DNA of 64,000 bases from Azolla caroliniana (GCA_043228905.1 JBHGNT010000018.1:3162001-3226000); one strand, 5' to 3'. Shown: positions 13,418 to 24,708, counted from the first letter of the stretch. Numbers and translations are program-made. Notes: a model not told the origin generated them from the sequence alone.

Positions 13418-16400
13418 GGCTGCTCTCACTTCGCTCCCTCTAAGTGGAAAACAGAAAAATGAGCAACAACACCCAAAACTGTTTGCCCTAAGTCATATTT
13501 ATACACATATGACTTTCGGGCTATTTACAAATATAGCCTCAAGGGCCCTTGGCAAACATATTCACAAATATGTCCCCGCATCCGGATCTCTCTCCGGGTA
13601 CATTCGTCATCCGGCTCCGTAGCCGGGGTCTTCATCATCCGGCTCCGTAGCCGAGGTCTTCATCATCCGGATCCGGAACCGGGTCTTCATCATCCGGCTC
13701 CGATACCGGGTACTCCTCATTCGGGTCTTCATTCCCGATTCCCGGACATCCGACCATCCCATCCGGAGGGACCGTAATCCCGACAAACTCCCCCTTCACT
13801 TCGGCATGGGATGTCTTTCCAGTCCGACCCTCTTCCGGCACGCTTCCAGCTTGTTGGGTGTGAGCACTTTGGTCAGCATATCTAACCCGTTCTCGTCCGT
13901 GTGGATCTTCGTCAGCACGAACTCCTGGTCTTCTATCCTTTCCCGAATCCAGTGATATCTTCGCTGGATGTGCTTCGTCCGGGAGTGATAGGCCGCATTC
14001 TTCGCAAGGTGGATGGCACTCTGACTGTCGCAGTAGAGTCGGTACTCCTCCTGCCGGATACCGAGCTCTCTAATGAAGTCCTTCATCCATATTATTTCCT
14101 TGCCGGCTTCAACAGCCGCCATGTACTCCGCCTCCGTGGTTGACAACGCAACCGTCTTCTGCAGCCTCGACTGCCACGAAACAGCTCCCCCTGCATACGT
14201 CATCACATACCCTGATGTGGACCGGCTGGTATCTGTATCAGCCGACATATCCGAATCGGTAAAGCCGTCGAGTTCGGGCTTACCGGAGCCGAATCGGAGG
14301 CACACGTTTGCCGTGCCCTTCAGGTATCGGAGTATCCACTTGGCCGCGTTCCAGTGCTCTTTGCCGGGATTGCTCATGTACCGGCTCACCACTCCAACTG
14401 CATATCCTATGTCCGGTCTTGTACACACCATTGCGTACATCAAGCTTCCGACGGCAGAGGCATATGGTACTTTCATCATGTCCTCCTTCTCAGCCTTTGT
14501 CTTGGGGCTTTGCTTGCTGGACAACTTGCAGTTTGCCGGGAGGGTTGACCCGACCGGTCTTGCTTCCGACATGTTGAACCGGTGAAGCACCTTTGTCACG
14601 TACTTCTCCTGTGACAGCCACAACTGCTTCTTCCGGTCCCGGATGATGTGCATCCCTAGTATTTGCCTCGCCGGACCCAGGTCCTTCATTGAGAAGGTTC
14701 GGTGAAGCGCTTTCTTCAGCATCCGTATCTTGACCTGGTCCCGTCCGACGATCAACATGTCGTCCACATACAGGAGGAGTATTAGAAAGTCTCCTCCTTC
14801 GAACTTCTTCACAAATACGCAGTGATCGGACTGCGTTTTGTGGTACCCTTCGTCGGTCATGAAGGAGTCGAACTTCCGGTACCACTGCCGGGGAGCCTGC
14901 TTCAGTCCGTAAAGGCTCTTCTTCAACCGGCATACCAGGTGCTCCTTCCCTTTCTTCTCGAATCCTTCCGGTTGCTGCATGTAGATCTCTTCTTCGAGGT
15001 CACCGTGAAGGAATGCCGTCTTCACGTCCATCTGTTCTACCTCGAGGTCCATGCTTGCCGCTATGCTCAGCACCGTCCGGATGGAGGTCATCTTCACTAC
15101 CGGGGCAAATATCTCGTCGAAGTCGACGCCCTTCTTCTGCTGGAACCCCTTCACCACGATCCTGGCTTTGTATCTCGGGGGGTTTCCGGCATCTCCCGGT
15201 TTCAGCTTGAACACCCACTTGTTTCGAAGTGCCCGCTTTCCTTTCGGCAACTCCACAAGTTCATATGTGTGGTTCTCATGCAGGGAATCCATCTCCTCCT
15301 GCATGGCACTTAACCACCTACGGCTATGGGTGTCAAGCTTTGCTTCTTCAAAACTCTCCGGCTCCCCCTCGTCGGTTAGCAGCACGTGCTCTGGTTCCGG
15401 AAATCTCCGGGGGGCCCTTCTCTCTCTTAGAGGATATCTCCGTTCCGGAGCTTCGGTAACCGGCTCCTCCGTTTCCTCTTCATCCGAATCCATTTCGGGA
15501 TCGGGGCCGGTTCCGATATCAGTTTCATCTTCCTCGGCCGGTTCTGTTTCTTCACCGTCTTCGGCCGGATCCTCGAGTGCTAACCGGTCCCTTGCCGATC
15601 GGGACTGCTCCTCGTAGAGTTGATCCTCACCGGTCGACTTGGAGCTCTTCATCTTCTTCTCCGACTCCCAGTCGGCGAGTGTCTTGTCCTCCATGAAGAT
15701 GATATCACGACTTCGGAATATCTTTTTGTCGACCGGGTCCCATACTCGGTAGCCGAACTCGTCATCGCCGTAACCGAGGAATATGCATGGCCGGGTCTTT
15801 GGATCTAGCTTTCCTCTCCGGTCCTTTGCCACATGCACATATGCGAGACACCCGAACACCTTCAAATGCCGGTAGGATACTTCCCTACCGGTCCACACTC
15901 TCTGCGGCGTGTCTCCGTCCAAAGGTACTGAGGGTGATCTGTTTATCACGTATGTCGCCGTCGACATTGCCTCAGCCCAAAACCCCTTGGGTAATTTCGC
16001 ATGCGCCAGCATACTCCGGACCCTCTCCATTATGGTCCGGTTCATCATCTCGGCCAGCCCGTTCAGTTCCGGCGTCTTCGGCACAGTAAACTCGAGCCGG
16101 ATTCCCTTCGAGCGACAGTACTCCTCGAACTGCCCCCGGTATTCCCCTCCGTTATCCGCTCGTATCGCTTTCAGCTTCTTGCCGGATTCCCTTTCCACTC
16201 TCGCGTGGAGTTCTTTGAAGACGCACAACACTTGGTCCTTTGTCTTCAACGGTGCCGTCCACAGCTTCCGGCTGTGGTCATCAATGAATGTCACGAAGTA
16301 CTGGGCTCTGCCATGTGACTTCGTTTCTACTTGACACACGTCAGTGTGCACCAACTCCAATGGTGCGCTACGTCTCGTCGGTGGCCTTGAGTGGAAGGAG

Positions 16401-18164
16401 GTTCGGTTCTGCTTACCGGCCAGGCAATCGGTGCACTTCTCCAGGTGCACATGCTTCACTGGAATAAGGTTGTCTTCTGCAAGCCTCTTCATCCCCTTCT
16501 CACTCATGTGGCACAGTCTCTTGTGCCACAGCTCACCGGCAGTGTCGGCTGCCACGTTCAACTCCTCCGGACACAACCAGGCATTCATAAGGTACAGTGT
16601 GTTGACTTTCCGGGCCCGAGCCACTATCAGGCTCCCCTTGCTGAACTTCATTACGCAGTTCCGGATGCTACCTGTGTAGCCTTCATCGTCTAGCCTCCCG
16701 GCCGAAATCAGGTTCAATCGAACCTCCGGAACGTGTCGGACATCCTTCAGCAACATTTTGCATCCGGTCGAGGTTGTCAACCACACGTCTCCTATGCCGG
16801 CAATCCGGCACGTACCTTCATTTCCCATCCGAACACAGCCATGCTCACCGGCTGTGTAGGATGAGAAGTATCTTCTTTCCGGGGTCAGGTGGAACGACGC
16901 TCCGGAATCGACCACCCAGGTAGTCTCATCGCCGACAATGTTTAGTTCACCTTCTTCGGTGATGAGCATGATCTCCTCTTCACTTGCCGCGAGTGCCGTC
17001 GTTCCTTTCCGGTCCTGCCCTCGCCGATCCGAACCATTCCGGTCCGTGGCTCCCCGGTAAGCACCGTTCCGTTCCGAAGACTTCTTCGAATCGGTGTCGT
17101 CGGCTCCGTTGTCTTTTCGGTAATGCCGACAATTCTTTCGGAAGTGCCCCAGCTTCCCACAGTGGAAGCATGTGGGCCTTCCTCTTGACTGCGACCGGGT
17201 CCCCGACTTCTCCCGTCTTTGCGGACTCCGGTTCCGTTGTCTTCCCCGATCCGATTCGGCAAGCAGCATCTTCGGATCGGAGGCCGGTTCTTTATCTCTC
17301 TGACGCGCTTCTTCGTTCAAAATGCTTGTCTTTACCGTTTGTAGGGTCAAGTTATCTTCGGTGCAGGAAGTGCTGAGAGTCACCACCAAGTTCTCCCAGC
17401 TTTCCGACAATGTACACATCAGCATGATGGCTTGCATTGCATCCTCCAACGGGAACTTGATCGCCGCAAGCTGGTTCACGAATCCCATGAACGTGCTTAC
17501 GTGTTCCACCATACTCTCGCCGTCCCGGTACTTGAGGTTCACTATCTTCCTCATCAGGGAGGTCCGGTTCAACGCATTCTTCCTCTCGTAGAGGCCCGAC
17601 AGCTTCTGCCACATCTCATATGCGTTGGTGTCGTTCGCCACATGTTGTAGAACGCTCACGTCGACGTATTGCCGAATGGTTGCAACGGCTTTCCAGTTCA
17701 GAAGCCTCCATTCCGTCTCAAGTACCCCCTTGGGTATTTCCGACCTGTCGATCGGTTCATACAGGTCCCGAACAATGAGCAGATCCTCCATCTTTATCTT
17801 CCAGTCGGCGTAGTTCTGCGCATTCAGCACCATCATCCCCGACTGCCCGCTGCTGCCGCCTTCCATTTTCTGCACTGCAGTCGCTCTGATACCAGATTGT
17901 TAGGAAATCGACGCTTTCCAAACCTACCCCTCTCGGCCACAACCGAGGACACACAAGTCAATGCAGCAGTAAATCGAAAAACACAGAGAGAGACTCGAAT
18001 GCACTGGGTTTAGCGTGGAAAACCCTAGACGGGAAAAACCACGGGAGTGCAAGACTCCAACTATCACTATACGCAGGGAATGTACAATGGCGAGCTGCAA
18101 GGCGACGACCTTGAGCTCGATGTCCTCGCCACAGGCGGCGGTATTACACAGAGGCGTCGACCTC

Positions 18165-18196
<32 letters not shown>

Positions 18197-18564
18197 GGCT
18201 GCTCTCACTTCGCTCCCTCTAAGTGGAAAACAGAAAAATGAGCAACAACACCCAAAACTGTTTGCCCTAAGTCATATTTATACACATATGACTTTCGGGC
18301 TATTTACAAATATAGCCTCAAGGGCCCTTGGCAAACATATTCACAAATATGTCCCCGCATCCGGATCTCTCTCCGGGTACATTCGTCATCCGGCTCCGTA
18401 GCCGGGGTCTTCATCATCCGGCTCCATAGCCGAGGTCTTCATCATCCGGATCCGGAACCGGGTCTTCATCATCCGGCTCCGATACCGGGTACTCCTCATT
18501 CGGGTCTTCATTCCCGATTCCCGGACATCCGACCATCCCATCCGGAGGGACCGTAATCCCGACA
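13119..18564 (-). mobile_element. Intact young Ty1/Copia LTR retrotransposon. LTRs 17898-18564 (5') and 13119-13785 (3')
   Basis: 667-bp LTRs with ~3 differences by eye, TG..CA ends and TSD GTAAT (13114-13118 / 18565-18569). PBS TGGTATCAGAGC (iMet, 17883-17894) and PPT AGGGGGAG (~13788-13795). Confidence 0.97.
13796..17866 (-). CDS. Copia Gag-PR-IN-RT-RNaseH polyprotein, uninterrupted
   Basis: Single ORF with CFHCGKLGHFRKNC, WVVDSGAS, LWHKRLCH..CTDC, DNGGEY, YKARIV, LYGLKQAPR, LYVDD and TKHI. Confidence 0.96.
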   Translation of the reverse strand: MEGGSSGQSGMMVLNAQNYADWKIKMEDLLIVRDLYEPIDRSEIPKGVLETEWRLLNWKAVATIRQYVDVSVLQHVANDTNAYEMWQKLSGLYERKNALNRTSLMRKIVNLKYRDGESMVEHVSTFMGFVNQLAAIKFPLEDAMQAIMLMCTLSESWENLVVTLSTSCTEDNLTLQTVKTSILNEEARQRDKEPASDPKMLLAESDRGRQRNRSPQRREKSGTRSQSRGRPTCFHCGKLGHFRKNCRHYRKDNGADDTDSKKSSERNGAYRGATDRNGSDRRGQDRKGTTALAASEEEIMLITEEGELNIVGDETTWVVDSGASFHLTPERRYFSSYTAGEHGCVRMGNEGTCRIAGIGDVWLTTSTGCKMLLKDVRHVPEVRLNLISAGRLDDEGYTGSIRNCVMKFSKGSLIVARARKVNTLYLMNAWLCPEELNVAADTAGELWHKRLCHMSEKGMKRLAEDNLIPVKHVHLEKCTDCLAGKQNRTSFHSRPPTRRSAPLELVHTDVCQVETKSHGRAQYFVTFIDDHSRKLWTAPLKTKDQVLCVFKELHARVERESGKKLKAIRADNGGEYRGQFEEYCRSKGIRLEFTVPKTPELNGLAEMMNRTIMERVRSMLAHAKLPKGFWAEAMSTATYVINRSPSVPLDGDTPQRVWTGREVSYRHLKVFGCLAYVHVAKDRRGKLDPKTRPCIFLGYGDDEFGYRVWDPVDKKIFRSRDIIFMEDKTLADWESEKKMKSSKSTGEDQLYEEQSRSARDRLALEDPAEDGEETEPAEEDETDIGTGPDPEMDSDEEETEEPVTEAPERRYPLRERRAPRRFPEPEHVLLTDEGEPESFEEAKLDTHSRRWLSAMQEEMDSLHENHTYELVELPKGKRALRNKWVFKLKPGDAGNPPRYKARIVVKGFQQKKGVDFDEIFAPVVKMTSIRTVLSIAASMDLEVEQMDVKTAFLHGDLEEEIYMQQPEGFEKKGKEHLVCRLKKSLYGLKQAPRQWYRKFDSFMTDEGYHKTQSDHCVFVKKFEGGDFLILLLYVDDMLIVGRDQVKIRMLKKALHRTFSMKDLGPARQILGMHIIRDRKKQLWLSQEKYVTKVLHRFNMSEARPVGSTLPANCKLSSKQSPKTKAEKEDMMKVPYASAVGSLMYAMVCTRPDIGYAVGVVSRYMSNPGKEHWNAAKWILRYLKGTANVCLRFGSGKPELDGFTDSDMSADTDTSRSTSGYVMTYAGGAVSWQSRLQKTVALSTTEAEYMAAVEAGKEIIWMKDFIRELGIRQEEYRLYCDSQSAIHLAKNAAYHSRTKHIQRRYHWIRERIEDQEFVLTKIHTDENGLDMLTKVLTPNKLEACRKRVGLERHPMPK

Positions 18565-21500
18565 GTAATGTTCGTATCGTCTATTGTAATCCCGGTACCG
18601 ATCATATCTATCGTACCGGTCGTAGTTATCCCGCCCATCACCATACCGGACATCATTCTCCCGTCGATCGCCATACCGGACATCCTGTGCCGGTCGATCG
18701 CGGTCCATTAGCCGCCAGCGTTCCTCTTCTTCATCCCGGCTACTGCGTGGCTCTATTTGTCAGACGGGCGGTGCTTGCCGGTTCAATAGATTATACTCGC
18801 ACCTATCCGTCGTATGGCCCTTGGATTGACAGATTACACATTGCGTCCTCATAGTGCATGCTAGTGCCGAGTGTTCGGAATTCAAGCAGGTTGTGCACTG
18901 TATTGCTTGCCGAAACCGGAGGTCTTCATCGGACGGTAACGCCCGTTGGAGTGCTTCCAGTGTGAGCCAGGAGCTTGTCTTTTCCATCTCTCTCACCCGG
19001 TCAATGACCTGGTCGATGGTACTTGTGCGGAAGTCAATTACCGTGCAAACCGTGCGTAGGGGTTCCCGGAGCGCATTTAGGAATATAGTCCATAATTCCT
19101 TCTCCGGGGGTGCGCGGGCAAGCTGACTATGCATCCGTTGAAACCGGATGACAAACTGGTGAATGTTCTCTCCTGCCTCCTGTCGGATGGTATAAAACAA
19201 GCCCACCACTATTGTCTGGTCCACCTCCTTTTGGAAAAAATGCAAGAATTTAGCTTTTAAATCTGCGAAGGTGGTGATGGTAGACGGGTCCTGCGTCCAG
19301 CGCCATCTTGCTGCCGGTCCCTCCAATGTGACGCCAAATTCCGCTATCTTAGAGCGTTCCTCTTCCTCCGGGGTCAATCGCTGGGACACATGGTTTGCTT
19401 CCCATGTCTGTTCAAAGGCGTGAACATGAGCTTCCGCGTCCGGATCATCTCTATACTTGGAGTACTGGAACGGCATGTCGTCGTCAGGTATCGGTGCGCG
19501 GGCTGGTGGTGTTGGTGGTCGTTCCTGGTTTTTCTCCGGCGTCGGTGGTCTTTCCTTATTTGTTTCCGGCGTCGGTGGTCTTTCCTCTTCTTTTGGTGAC
19601 GGAGGCCTCTCCTCCTCGACTTCCGGTGTCGGAGGTCGCTCTTCCTCTGCTTCTGGTTCCGGAGGTTCCAGCCTTAGCACTTTCGGTTCCGGTGTCGGTA
19701 AGGTGTCGGATCCTTCGTCCTCCGGTCCGCTCGGGGTGTCGTTCCTACTACGGTAGTTCGTGTGCACGTTGTATCCCCCTTCGAAATCCGATTCATACGC
19801 TGAAAAGGCTTCCGCTTCGCCTTCTCTACTTGCCAACGCCTGGAGAAGGGATTCGGTTTCCCAAAGGCTTATTAGGCTGCTGCTGTCGTCCGGGTGCGAT
19901 GTTTGCTGTAACCGGAGGGACTCCTCCGCTACTCTCCGGATTACGTTGGAAAACGAGCGATCCGCTGTAATTTCCTGCGCCACTTGTTGGAAAGCCTCAC
20001 GTCTCCTTTGCCTTTCGGCAAGGCGTCGAGTTCGATCTATAACCAGGTCGTGCATTGATCTAGTCATCCATTCATGCCGTCATTCGCTGCAAAAACAGGA
20101 ATCGTGGTCGCCAAAAACTGTGTTAACTCTTAGGGCCGGACAATGGCCTAACACAGGGTGTCTACGGAAGACACTTCACCAAAGGGGTGTTACGGCAAGA
20201 AGATTAGGCTCAACGATTAATCCGACTTAATTAGGTTACTTAGCAAGATCGTCCTTAATAATCACACGCGTAAGATATAACAATGAATGCAGAATGGCAA
20301 TTAACACAGAGAGATAAAACACTAAGCTTCATTAATTATCCACTGCTCATTACATTGTATCTGGGCCTTTAAATAGGTTTCCGGTTTGTAGTACAAAACG
20401 GTGCCATCCGCACCTGTTCGGGATCGGTCCGGATCCGGAACGGCATACCAATTCTGGTACGTCCGTCCACACTAATAGCTTACTTACAACCATTCCTAAT
20501 AATTAAATAACTACTTCGTTTCACACTCTGGACTCCTATGCCAGCCGGTAACACTTGTATGGAACCAATTTGCATTGGCTTCCGGATTACATATTAATTG
20601 GAGGAAGTCTAGTCTCATATCATGTACTGAAAGGGATTTGGAATGTTTAGGATGGCAAGGATCCGTGGTGAAGAAAGGCTCTATTTTTCGACACTTGGGC
20701 TATCCATTAGGAATGAATGTTACAAATGGTCAATTGATTGAATGGATGTCTAGTAAGTTGAGGGATAAGTTCATGTATTGGAAATCACAATCTTGGCCAT
20801 TTCATGTACGTTTGAAGGTTGTACAATGTATTATGCAACCTATAATATTATATTACTTGCCATTGATGTCGTGGACAAAGAAGGCTTTGCATTCTATTTT
20901 GCAACCTCTTCGATATTTGTTGTGGAAGAAAAGGGATAAGATGGGAATCACTTGGGTTGCATGGAATTATCTAGCAACTCCTAAGCGCTTGGGGGGAGCT
21001 GGAGTATTGAACTTATCTAAGCATATGATGGCTCATAGATTTTCATTATTAGAAGACATGTGTTCAAACTCACAACCATGGATATCTATTGTTCAATATT
21101 TCATTGAGAACAAGGGTTTAACACATGGGAGGACAACAATTAAGGCTTCATTGTGGCAATTACTAAATCGATGTATTTCACTTAGGATTCTGGGCTCTAC
21201 ATGTGTTCAACACTTGGTTACCTCATGGCAAGAAGCACTCTTGTTATGTGTATGGAAACCATCATTTAGTAGAGAGCATTGTAATTCTTTGCAAAAAGAG
21301 TTACTTGTGTCTTCTTGGTTAGTATGTTGGCCAGGAAATGAGAGATTACGCTCTCAATTTAATTGTTTGTTTCGTTTGGGGGTCAAAGAGGTGGGAGATA
21401 TAGTTGAGACTCCATCTCAAAGAATTTTGGAGTTTGTTGAAGCACGACAATTATTACGCATTCCGTCTAATTATGGGTTTATTTGGCAACAACTACGAAA

Positions 21501-23189
21501 TATTCCATTGATGCAAGGTCCCTTACCTCTACAAACAGGAGAACAATCGTGGATTGATTGGTGTTTAAAGGGTCAAACATCGTTGTTACAAGTGACTACT
21601 AATCTTTTGTATCATTGCTCTGTTGAGTCTCTTGCATGGTTATCATCTAAGGCTTAAGAAGAATGGATATTGCACAAATATAATCATGGGTGGTGGCAAA
21701 TCTTACAACGTAGTTGGCATTCTAAATTGCCACTTGTAGCAAAGGTCTTCATTTGGAGAGTTTTGATTGGAGGATTGCCTTAGGGATTAGCTCTAAAGCG
21801 TCGTGGACTAGCAACAGGTAATTGCTTTTTTTGCATTGTTTAAATGGAAGATAGTACTCATCGATTTATACAATGCCCGATTGCTTCTCAGATTTGGAGT
21901 TACATTTCTCAAATTTGGCAAGTTTTATCACAATGTTATTTGACACCTAGATAGTGGGTGTTTGCACAATTTACACAGGTGGACCCAAAGTCAGAGATGG
22001 AGATTGTTTTTCTATTTTTGAGATATTGGGGATTGCGTCATAATTGGAATATGCGCAACGCTTTTGTATTCGATGGTAGACATAGAGTGAAAGCATATCT
22101 ACGAAAGTTGAAGGGAGTACTAATGTGGCAATTTTCTTTATTGGAGCAAGTGGAAATCCTTTCCTCGGTGGAATGTTCGTCTTGCCTATTGGCAATTCAA
22201 CATGTTTCACTACCCATGTAGTGTAGTGTAGTTAGTGGGTGACCATACTTCATGGTCACACCCATTGTAAGTAGTGTTTTTTACACACATTTATTAATAT
22301 AATTGTGTGTTTTCACCAAAAAAGAGACAAGTGTGTGTGTGTGAGAGAGAGAGAGAGGAGAGGGCATGAGTGTGGCTGGCGACGGAATCGTGGCCACGGA
22401 CGGTGCAGGTCACTCAGATAAGGGCACGTGCGATCTGCACCGTCCGATTTGGATAAGAAAGAACACGTGAAAAAAAAACCTACTAGAGGTTGCCCAACTC
22501 TCCATTGTAGGTTGGGCGACCTGATTAAAATAGGTTGGACGACCACCATAATAGGTTGGGCAACTTGATTAACAAGTTGGGTGACCTAATAATTGGTTGG
22601 GCGACCTGATTAATAGGTTGAACAAAATTGTAAGCAATGTGTCACGGATAGTCTAGAATGTGATGCAATGAATCATGGACTTGAGATAAAAAATAAACTT
22701 GAGACTGGCAACAACATTCTCTGAATCGCTCACACTTGAGATCCAACAAGAACTTCAGAAAAACTATTTCCATTTTCTGAATCATGGACACATCGGATCA
22801 AAAACTTGTGTTCCAACCACAACCTGATTACTACTTGACATCAAAAACTTTAGCTAAACAACAAAAACTTGAGAATCAATCATTTTTTGAACCGATACTT
22901 GAGATCCAACACATAAATTGAAAATGGGTAGATATTCCATTAATAAGGCTATTTGATATACAATGTGTGGCATTTTCGCCATATAGAAATCCACCATATA
23001 CAAAATATAAGGTCATATTACAAAATCCGCCGACCCTGCGCAACTGGAAATCCACGTCATATTTGGTGAACCACATCTCTGTGCCCTATAACCAAATATG
23101 TATAAGAACACAATTTACAAAATCCACATCAGACATCCATTTCCAATCACACTTTCAAAATCCGGAGATATCCATCATCATAAAAACAC

Positions 23190-23620
23190 GACGACCAACA
23201 TCTGTATAGTCTTCATCACGGAAAAGCTACAATCGCAATCATTTGGTTGAGTTGGGATGTGCATTACGTGATGTTGACCATCCAACACAATGGTATGGTC
23301 TTTCATTGCATTAGAAATTATCCGAATCATGATATGTGCAAGACTCCACACGATGCTAGTTGCCTTGTTGTTCAAGGATCGCAGAAGACTATTGTGTTGG
23401 TCACCTTAGAAACTTAGTGCCGCATCTTTGTCCACAACACCCAATGGCTCCATACCACGATTGGAATGAAGATAAAATCACACTCGGCCACACATTCGAG
23501 GATGTCTTGCATCTTCATCATTTGCTTGTGTAGTTGCACCCAAAGTGGGTCGACTATGGTGAAACGTTCTAACACCTCATGGGCCAGCAAGTACTCCATC
23601 CACGGTCATGGTCCATGTGG
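23190..23620 (-). pseudogene. Ulp1/C48-like SUMO protease fragment
   Basis: FIFIPIVVWSHWVL, IVFCDPL and PTQPNDCDCSFSVMK give the His, Asp and Gln/Cys catalytic motifs in the right order, with an in-frame stop. Confidence 0.7.
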
Positions 23621-23814
23621 ATGTCATTTCTCCATCCTTGCACATTTTCTGAAGATCTAACTCCACAACGTCAACGGCAAGATCGAGCCTTGGGCATGCA
23701 AGTCGATACCTGTTTCAAAGAAACATGCATGCATTTTGACTCGAGCCACCCTTAAATCTGAAAGTTTACAAATTGTATTACACAAATCAAAAACCTAGCA
23801 AACTGTTTACAGTA

Positions 23815-24390
23815 AATATGATAAATAATAAAGCAAAACCCTAAACATTTTCCTGAACCCTAAACCCTCGACATGAAAAATATGATTTACACCAAAAAAA
23901 TTAATCATAAATCAAGAAAAACCCTAAATAATCAATAATCAATAATCAAGCAAAACCCTAAACATTTCCCGAACCCTAAACCCTCAACATGAAAATTAAC
24001 ATAAATCAAGCAAAACCCTAAATAATCAATAATCAAACAAAACCCTAAACCCAAGACATGAAAAATATGATTTACACAAGAAAAAATAATCATAAATTAA
24101 GCAAAACCCTAAATAATCAATTAATAACCAATAATCATGCAAAACCCTAAACATTTTCTAACCTCAATAATCAAGCAAAATTGTTACGGGCATGACCATA
24201 TAATATCCCGTGGTGAGAATTTACCATAGTATTCTATACACGTGGATAAGTGTGAGGGTTAAACGAGAGTGTAAAGAATACTACGGTAATTCTCACCACG
24301 GGATATTATATGGTCATGCCCGTAACAAAAACCATAATCATTTTCCCAAACCCTAAACTCTCGACATGAAAAATATGATTTACACCAAAA
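23815..24390 (+). repeat. Degenerate tandem array rich in AAAACCCTAAA (telomere-like/telobox units)
   Basis: More than 10 copies of (A)AACCCTAAA sit in repeated AATCAAGCAAAACCCTAAA / ACATGAAAAATATGATTTACAC blocks. Confidence 0.8.
24182..24327. mobile_element. LTR-derived fold-back (hairpin) mini-element
   Basis: ~60-bp inverted arms, TGTTA..TAACA termini and flanks AAAAT/AAAAC. The first ~97 bp match the start of the solo LTR at 37765. Confidence 0.88.
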
Positions 24391-24708
24391 CAACTTTGCA
24401 GAAAAAGTAGAAACAAGTAAAATACATATCTAGGAAAATCGCACGTCGATTGGACGACCTGATTAAAATAGGTTGGGTGACCAAACTTGGCTGGTAGGTT
24501 GGGTGACTACATTATGTTAGGTAGCTTGGGTAACCGAGGTGTCAAAGTTGGGCGACCTTTGATAGTTTTTTTTATCGCACGTTTTATTATTATCCAAATT
24601 GCACACGCCCTCAGCTGAGCGACTTGCACCGTCTATGGCCGCGATTCCCTCGCTAGGCCTATTTATGAGTTGGTTGCTAATAGACACGTCGATATGTATA
24701 TGTATATG

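Larger units (their letters stand above)
10842..20067 (-). pseudogene. Gypsy gag-pol, disrupted by stops, frameshifts and the Copia insertion
   Basis: Gag 18760-20067 with CCHC knuckles. Protease region VIDEGSGVNV..LLLGRPWL. RT motifs WLSPIVVVPKK, DYRKLN, FLDGFNGYNQI, FLDDF and GHIVS. Confidence 0.9.
10742..20553 (-). mobile_element. Non-chromovirus Ty3/Gypsy LTR retrotransposon, internally deleted. 5' LTR 20121-20553; only ~100 bp of the 3' LTR remain (10742-10841)
   Basis: TSD CTTGT (10737-10741 / 20554-20558), TG..CA ends, and PBS TGGCGACCAC (tRNA-Arg-like). Gene order is gag-PR-RT. RNase H, integrase and PPT are absent. Confidence 0.92.
10051..22322 (+). mobile_element. 5'-truncated L1-type LINE (ORF2 RT and zf-RVT), split by a Gypsy insertion
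   Basis: RT motifs RPISL, QYGFIAGR, LDLEKAYD, RQ*CP and LADD. The frame resumes after 20558 (GML|VWNQFALASG). It ends in a short A tail, has a 16-bp TSD AGAGACAAGTGTGTGT (10035-10050 / 22323-22338) and carries several stops. Confidence 0.92.
22372..24660. mobile_element. Non-autonomous long-TIR DNA element (Mutator-like) carrying a Ulp1 fragment
   Basis: Imperfect terminal inverted repeats of ~120 bp (GGAATCGTGGCCACGGACGGTGCAGGTCACTCAG.. vs the reverse complement at ~24545-24655). Subterminal GTTGGGCGACC repeats at both ends. TSD not resolved. Confidence 0.7.

Noticed and set aside
13145-13622. Duplicated ORFs of 94 and 128 aa (also at 17924-18401)
   Set aside because: They are LTR sequence spanning a CT microsatellite, and the duplication simply reflects the two LTRs.
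14073-17813. Many antisense or overlapping ORFs in GC-rich retroelement interiors (also 11621-12929, 47838-52762)
   Set aside because: Shadow frames of GC-rich pol genes, with no recognisable domains.
22490-22625. Spaced GTTGGGCGACCTGATTA repeats, superficially CRISPR-like
   Set aside because: Short subterminal transposon repeats without unique spacers, in a eukaryotic context with no cas genes.
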